A stretch of DNA of 51,859 bases from Paraspadella gotoi (Eukaryota > Animalia > Chaetognatha): the NCBI GenBank assembly GCA_051294375.1, contig JBJCIZ010000368.1:1-51859 (forward strand), written 5' to 3'. This document shows, piece by piece, positions 47,743 through 51,859 of this stretch. The notes below the pieces were generated by a model. That model worked only from the letters and a program-made list of their open reading frames with translations. It searched no databases and was not told where the DNA came from. A program made the position numbers and the translations under genes. Positions within the stretch are counted from its first letter, which is position 1. Every line of letters begins with the position of its first letter.

Positions 47743-50700
47743 TTTGAATTTAATTAACACTTAAAAAATTCAGCTCTAACATAATAAGGAGCAGCTGAAG
47801 CTGCCTCAGCGCTTGCTCGGATTTCGGCCGGCCCCTCAGAGTCTCGAATATCAAAGATTGCTTATGACTTAATGTGTGACTAAATCTTAATTTATCCCTG
47901 TCCATTGTCCACCCCTCCTATTAAAAAATTGTGAAGAAAAGTCGAGCGTCTATGGCATTTGTAAGTTCTTTTAATACATTTCTCAATAACCATTTCAATT
48001 TTTTAGAAATTTTTTTCGTTTAGGGTCTATGATCTCATTTTGTAAGAGTTATGAATTTTAACATTTGGCGTCTTGTTGAATAATCCAATTCGTTTGCGAG
48101 CTAATTGAGAATTTTTATTTCATCGTATATCAGAAAGTTCGTTTCTTAATCTCGTATTTCATTCTGTAACAATTTTATTTCTATTCTGTGGATTATCGAG
48201 GGTAAATTTGCCTGAGGCCCTTCGTGCTAATTCGATTTAAATTGTTAGGATCCATGGTATCCGTTGTCTAAGGATGATATAAAAAAATATGATAAAAAGA
48301 GCTCGCCGATGAAAAAAATATGATAATCGCGATTATTTCACGCTTTTTATTTTATTTATTCAAATTTTTTTTACCTCGTAACCATAAAACCCTAACCTAT
48401 CTTTCAACAGGTTTGTTCGATTATAATAAAATGTTACAAGAAATTGTTTTTGTAGTTCGCGGGGGTGGGGGAGGGCTCTAAGCCCTCCCCACGCATTTTG
48501 ATAGTTGGTCCTCGAACGCTTCTTCGTGGCTGAGGGTGGATATAATGTATGGTTAAATTTCAAATGACAGTTTATTTAATACTTGTAAATTTAAAAAATA
48601 TTTTTATTGTTTTCCAGATGTGGCATGGCCGGGTTGCCCCGAAAGAGCGGAGACCGCTGCACCCCATTTTCGTCGTCAGTCGTGGTCGTCGTGTTCTCGA
48701 GCGTCGTCCATCTCCATGGCGTCGTCTCTCTTCGACGTCGCCATCCTCTTTACGTCCGCCGTCCTCATCGTACTCTTCACCGTCATCAAATTGTCGTCGT
48801 GCCTCGTCTTCAGGGGTTCTATGGGGCGACCCAAAAAGCCATTATCGGTTAATACTAAGCTGACGGTTAATCTCTCGCTAAATTTTATTAAAATCTCAAT
48901 TTTTATGAATTGGACAGAAAAACGCGTTTTATTTCTTTGGCCGTGATAGCAGCGGGTAGCCGGCTGGGCTGCGGCGACTGCGGAGTGGCGCTGTTAGCGC
49001 GGCAACTGCGCGGTGGCGCTGTTGGCGGCGCACAGCTTGGAGCGGCGGCGCACGCATATTTCAGCGGCGAGAATCCGGCAAGGGGGAAGAAGAAAAAAGA
49101 AAGAAAGGAAGACTCGTCCTCAGATGTGGGGACGATGATGACGGTTGTTAGGTGGAGAGGAAGAGAGAGATGGTGGGGGGGATTGAGGACGAGAGAGGAG
49201 AGTTTAAAAGTTTTTTTTATTTTATGCTGCCGGTTTTGTTAATAATTTTTTTCGCCTAACTTTCTCGTTTTAAGATATTTAGCCTACATCGTTTTAATAT
49301 TTAGCACGTGATAGATTCTAAGCTAAGTCAATTAAAAGAAATAATAATAAATGAATAAAACAGTTTGTTTATTAAATAAACCACAAAAAACAAAAAAGTG
49401 CATAAAAAATAAAGCAATCGCAAACAACAAGGATAGCTTTAGTATGCAAAGATTCAAAATACCTCAATTTGCCATAATAGCGATGTCAATCAAAAGATGC
49501 CTGTCTGTGTGGCAATTCAAGTTTCAGTGGCTGGTCTCTATTCTTTCTGCGAGACGTCGTATGCAATTCAATTCAGCAATGGCGTCACAGTCCTTTCGTG
49601 GTGAAAATTATGCAATTATTCTAGTTATATTCTGTATTCATACCAGACGAAAGTTCACATCTGGCAATTACTTCTGTCTCATAACGCCCTAGCGGGGCAA
49701 ATACAGTTTATACAGTCTAGCTGCTGCATCTTATGCCCTTAATTTGATTGCTGTGTTTTTGGCGGCAGTCGAGCGAATCTCGCTAAGGGCGTTCAGACTG
49801 GTTGCCATTTCCTTGCAGCGTTTTGATTATCTGTCAGCGGCGCGTCGCTTTGCTAGCTTCGCCGCTTTTACCCTCTCTGGGAGTTTACCTTTTTCTGACT
49901 TTGAATAGGTAATAGATGAAGCAATTGTAATTTTTGAAAGCTTTATTGTGTAGAAGTTCTAGCTCGTTCTTAAAGAAAATCGAGCGAAGCTTTTTCAGAT
50001 AGAGATTTTCGTTAAATCTGAACTAACCAAAATAATGTCACGGCCCCTGGGAAAAATTCAGGTAAAAAAATAGAGTGTAACACAACCAGTCGATTCCAAT
50101 CCTGCTTACATCTGAAAGGGCTTCGCATTTTTTTCTCTTAGACAAATAAGCATCGAATTTTGACATCAAAACCATTCGATTCAAATTACTGGTCCACTCG
50201 AGAAAATATCTTTGGAACCGCAATTTTTATATAATAAAAAAAAGGGATTTCTCAACTTCAATACGAATGTCAACGCATTTACGTATGTTGTCATTTTACA
50301 ATAAAACTTCAGAAATTCAGGATCCGATAGCAATAGTCTGAAGGGCCTCTCAAAAATCTTTTCTTACATTTCATTTGTATCTCTAAATGATACGATCATG
50401 TTAAAGTGAATTAGTCCATTTTGGTGAAATTTTTATTTAAAGTAAAGTAAAAGATGAGCTAACGATCGAAAATCTTAAGAGTTTTCAAACGGCAGGAGTC
50501 AGATTCGAAAAAATCTTATATGGCGAAAATCTTCCAAAAAGAAGGGGTAGATTTTCCGAAGATTTGGTTAATATTTCTATAATTTATGGTCGGATTTTTT
50601 GAAACTTAAAACTAGCAATATGCCCATCTATCTACATTGGCCAGTCAAAGAATATATTAAAAAAACANNNNNNNNNNNNNNNNNNNNNNNNNAAAAAACC

Positions 50701-50802
50701 TCTGACTTTTTTCGTCAAAGCTTAGTCCTAATTAGTGGTTTGGACATCATCTAATTCATCAGTTACAACTGCGTCTCTGCGCCTAAATTCAAATTTATCC
50801 CT

Positions 50803-51276
50803 TCAGAAATTTTTGTCCGTGCGGGCTTGCCTGCCCTGCCAGCGCCTGTCGCCTCCCCCGTCGCGTCTGTCGCGCCATTCGGGGCGTCTAGTGTCTCTGG
50901 GTTGGCGTCCTCTCCATCTGCTGTCGTCTTTTTTTGTTTCGACGGCCCTCTGGATTGCCGACATGCTTTTAGTGAGCTTCTCCATGAGTTCACGCGTGTT
51001 GTTTGCTTCTTGCATCATTGCTCCTTGATATAGGGCGTTCGCGCTTTCGGCAGGATTTTTGTCGCTCAGACCCTTCTGTAGGAGCGAGTCCGTGAGGATC
51101 TGACGGTCGTTCTCCTTCACGGAATTTATGAAGCGGCGGGCGGTGCCTTCCGATTTATATCCGTACGTTTCGAGCCATCCTCGCAGGATCCATTCTATTT
51201 CTTTTCCCAGCTCTCGGCGTTTTCCTGTGTCGATGAGCTTTCTGAATTTGAGTACTTCCCTCGAGACTCGAAACTA
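50803..51276 (-). CDS. Terminal exon of a hypothetical protein with an Arg/Asp/Gly-rich tail
   Basis: Acceptor tttactttag at about 51277-51286, then an open frame FRVSREVLKFRKLIDTG...VKENDRQILTDSL...RRDGGGDRRWQGRQARTDKNF*. Confidence 0.5.
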
Positions 51277-51415
51277 AAGTAAAGTAACATAAGTTAGTAA
51301 TAAATAAATGTTTGTGAGAATTGTTTAATAGTAAGAATGAAATATGAAATATGAAATTCAAGAATAAAATGTGAGGGATAGCTAANNNNNNNNNNCTGTT
51401 GTGTGCAATTCAAGT

Positions 51416-51859
51416 TTCAGTGCTGGCGTCTATCTTTCGTGCGAGACGTCGTATGCAATTCCAATTTCAGCAATGGCGTCACAGTCTTTTCGTGTGAAAT
51501 TATGCAATATTCTAGGTTATATTCTGTATTCATACAGACGAAAGTCAATCTGCATCTACTTCTGTCTCTAACCCCTAGCGGGGCAAACAGTTTATACAGT
51601 CTAGCTGCTGCATCTTTGCCCCTTAATTTGATTGCTGTTTTGGCGCAGTCGGCGAATCTCGCTAGGGCGTCAGACGGTTGCCATTTCCTTGCAGCGTTTT
51701 TGATTCTGTCAGCGGCGTCGTTTGCTAGCTTCGCCGCTTTTACCCTCTCTGGGGGTTTACCTTTTTCTGACTTTGGATATGGTAATAATGAGCAATTGTA
51801 ATTTTTGAAAGCTTTATTAGTGTAGGAGTCTACGTCGTTCTTAGAAATCGAGGAAGACT
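51416..51859 (-). CDS. Hypothetical protein entering from the window edge
   Basis: Open frame of about 145 codons (YTNKAFKNYNCSLLPYPKSEKGKPPERVKAAKLANDAADRIKNAARKW...). The noisy copy at 49505-50640 suggests a longer gene. Confidence 0.5.

Larger units (their letters stand above)
1..48720. mobile_element. Large Maverick/Polinton (adintovirus-like) endogenous virus/transposon, fragmented and partly duplicated in the assembly; true ends not seen
   Basis: Co-occurrence of pPolB, RVE integrase, packaging ATPase, adenain-like protease, PX-type minor capsid and PW-like core ORF, which are the hallmark Maverick genes. No terminal inverted repeats were identified, so the boundaries are nominal. Confidence 0.85.
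44718..48720 (+). repeat. Noisy direct copy of the gapped virion module at 35509-40910
   Basis: 35509-35964 matches 44718-45173; 38168-38550 matches 45915-46316; 39439-39963 matches 47452-47997; 40281-40374 matches 48180-48272; 40682-40910 matches 48460-48720. Confidence 0.92.
49505..51859 (+). repeat. Direct duplication: about 49505-49990 versus 51397-51859
   Basis: caattcaagtttcagtg, ccctagcggggcaaa, tttgctagcttcgccgcttttaccctctctgg and gcaattgtaatttttgaaagctttatt are shared. Confidence 0.92.

Noticed and set aside
1-51859. CRISPR arrays, rRNA, tRNA or prokaryotic operons
   Set aside because: No regularly spaced repeats or RNA gene signatures were seen, and the sequence is eukaryotic.

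Overview
Eukaryotic (probably invertebrate; AT-rich, (GA)n microsatellites, short GT-AG introns) draft scaffold. It is a patchwork of accurate short contigs, N gaps and indel-rich long-read-like fill, so many genes are frameshifted and several blocks occur two to four times. Most of the window looks like one large Maverick/Polinton (adintovirus-like) element. Protein-primed DNA polymerase B is present as two inverted copies (about 2.3-7.5 kb). A minus-strand virion module (packaging ATPase, core-type ORFs, RVE integrase, minor capsid, probable major-capsid C-terminus, adenain-like protease) lies at about 29-48 kb, with many intron-containing accessory genes in between. The main surprise is at about 10.2-18.7 kb, reconstructed by reading across frameshifts. 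There is a RAG1-like (RAG1L/Transib-lineage) recombinase gene, followed on the same strand by a hAT (ZMYM1/DUF4371-type) transposase with a PHD-like finger at each end. No RAG2-like partner or terminal repeats were found. All family calls come from motif recognition by eye, with no database searches, and coordinates in noisy regions are approximate.
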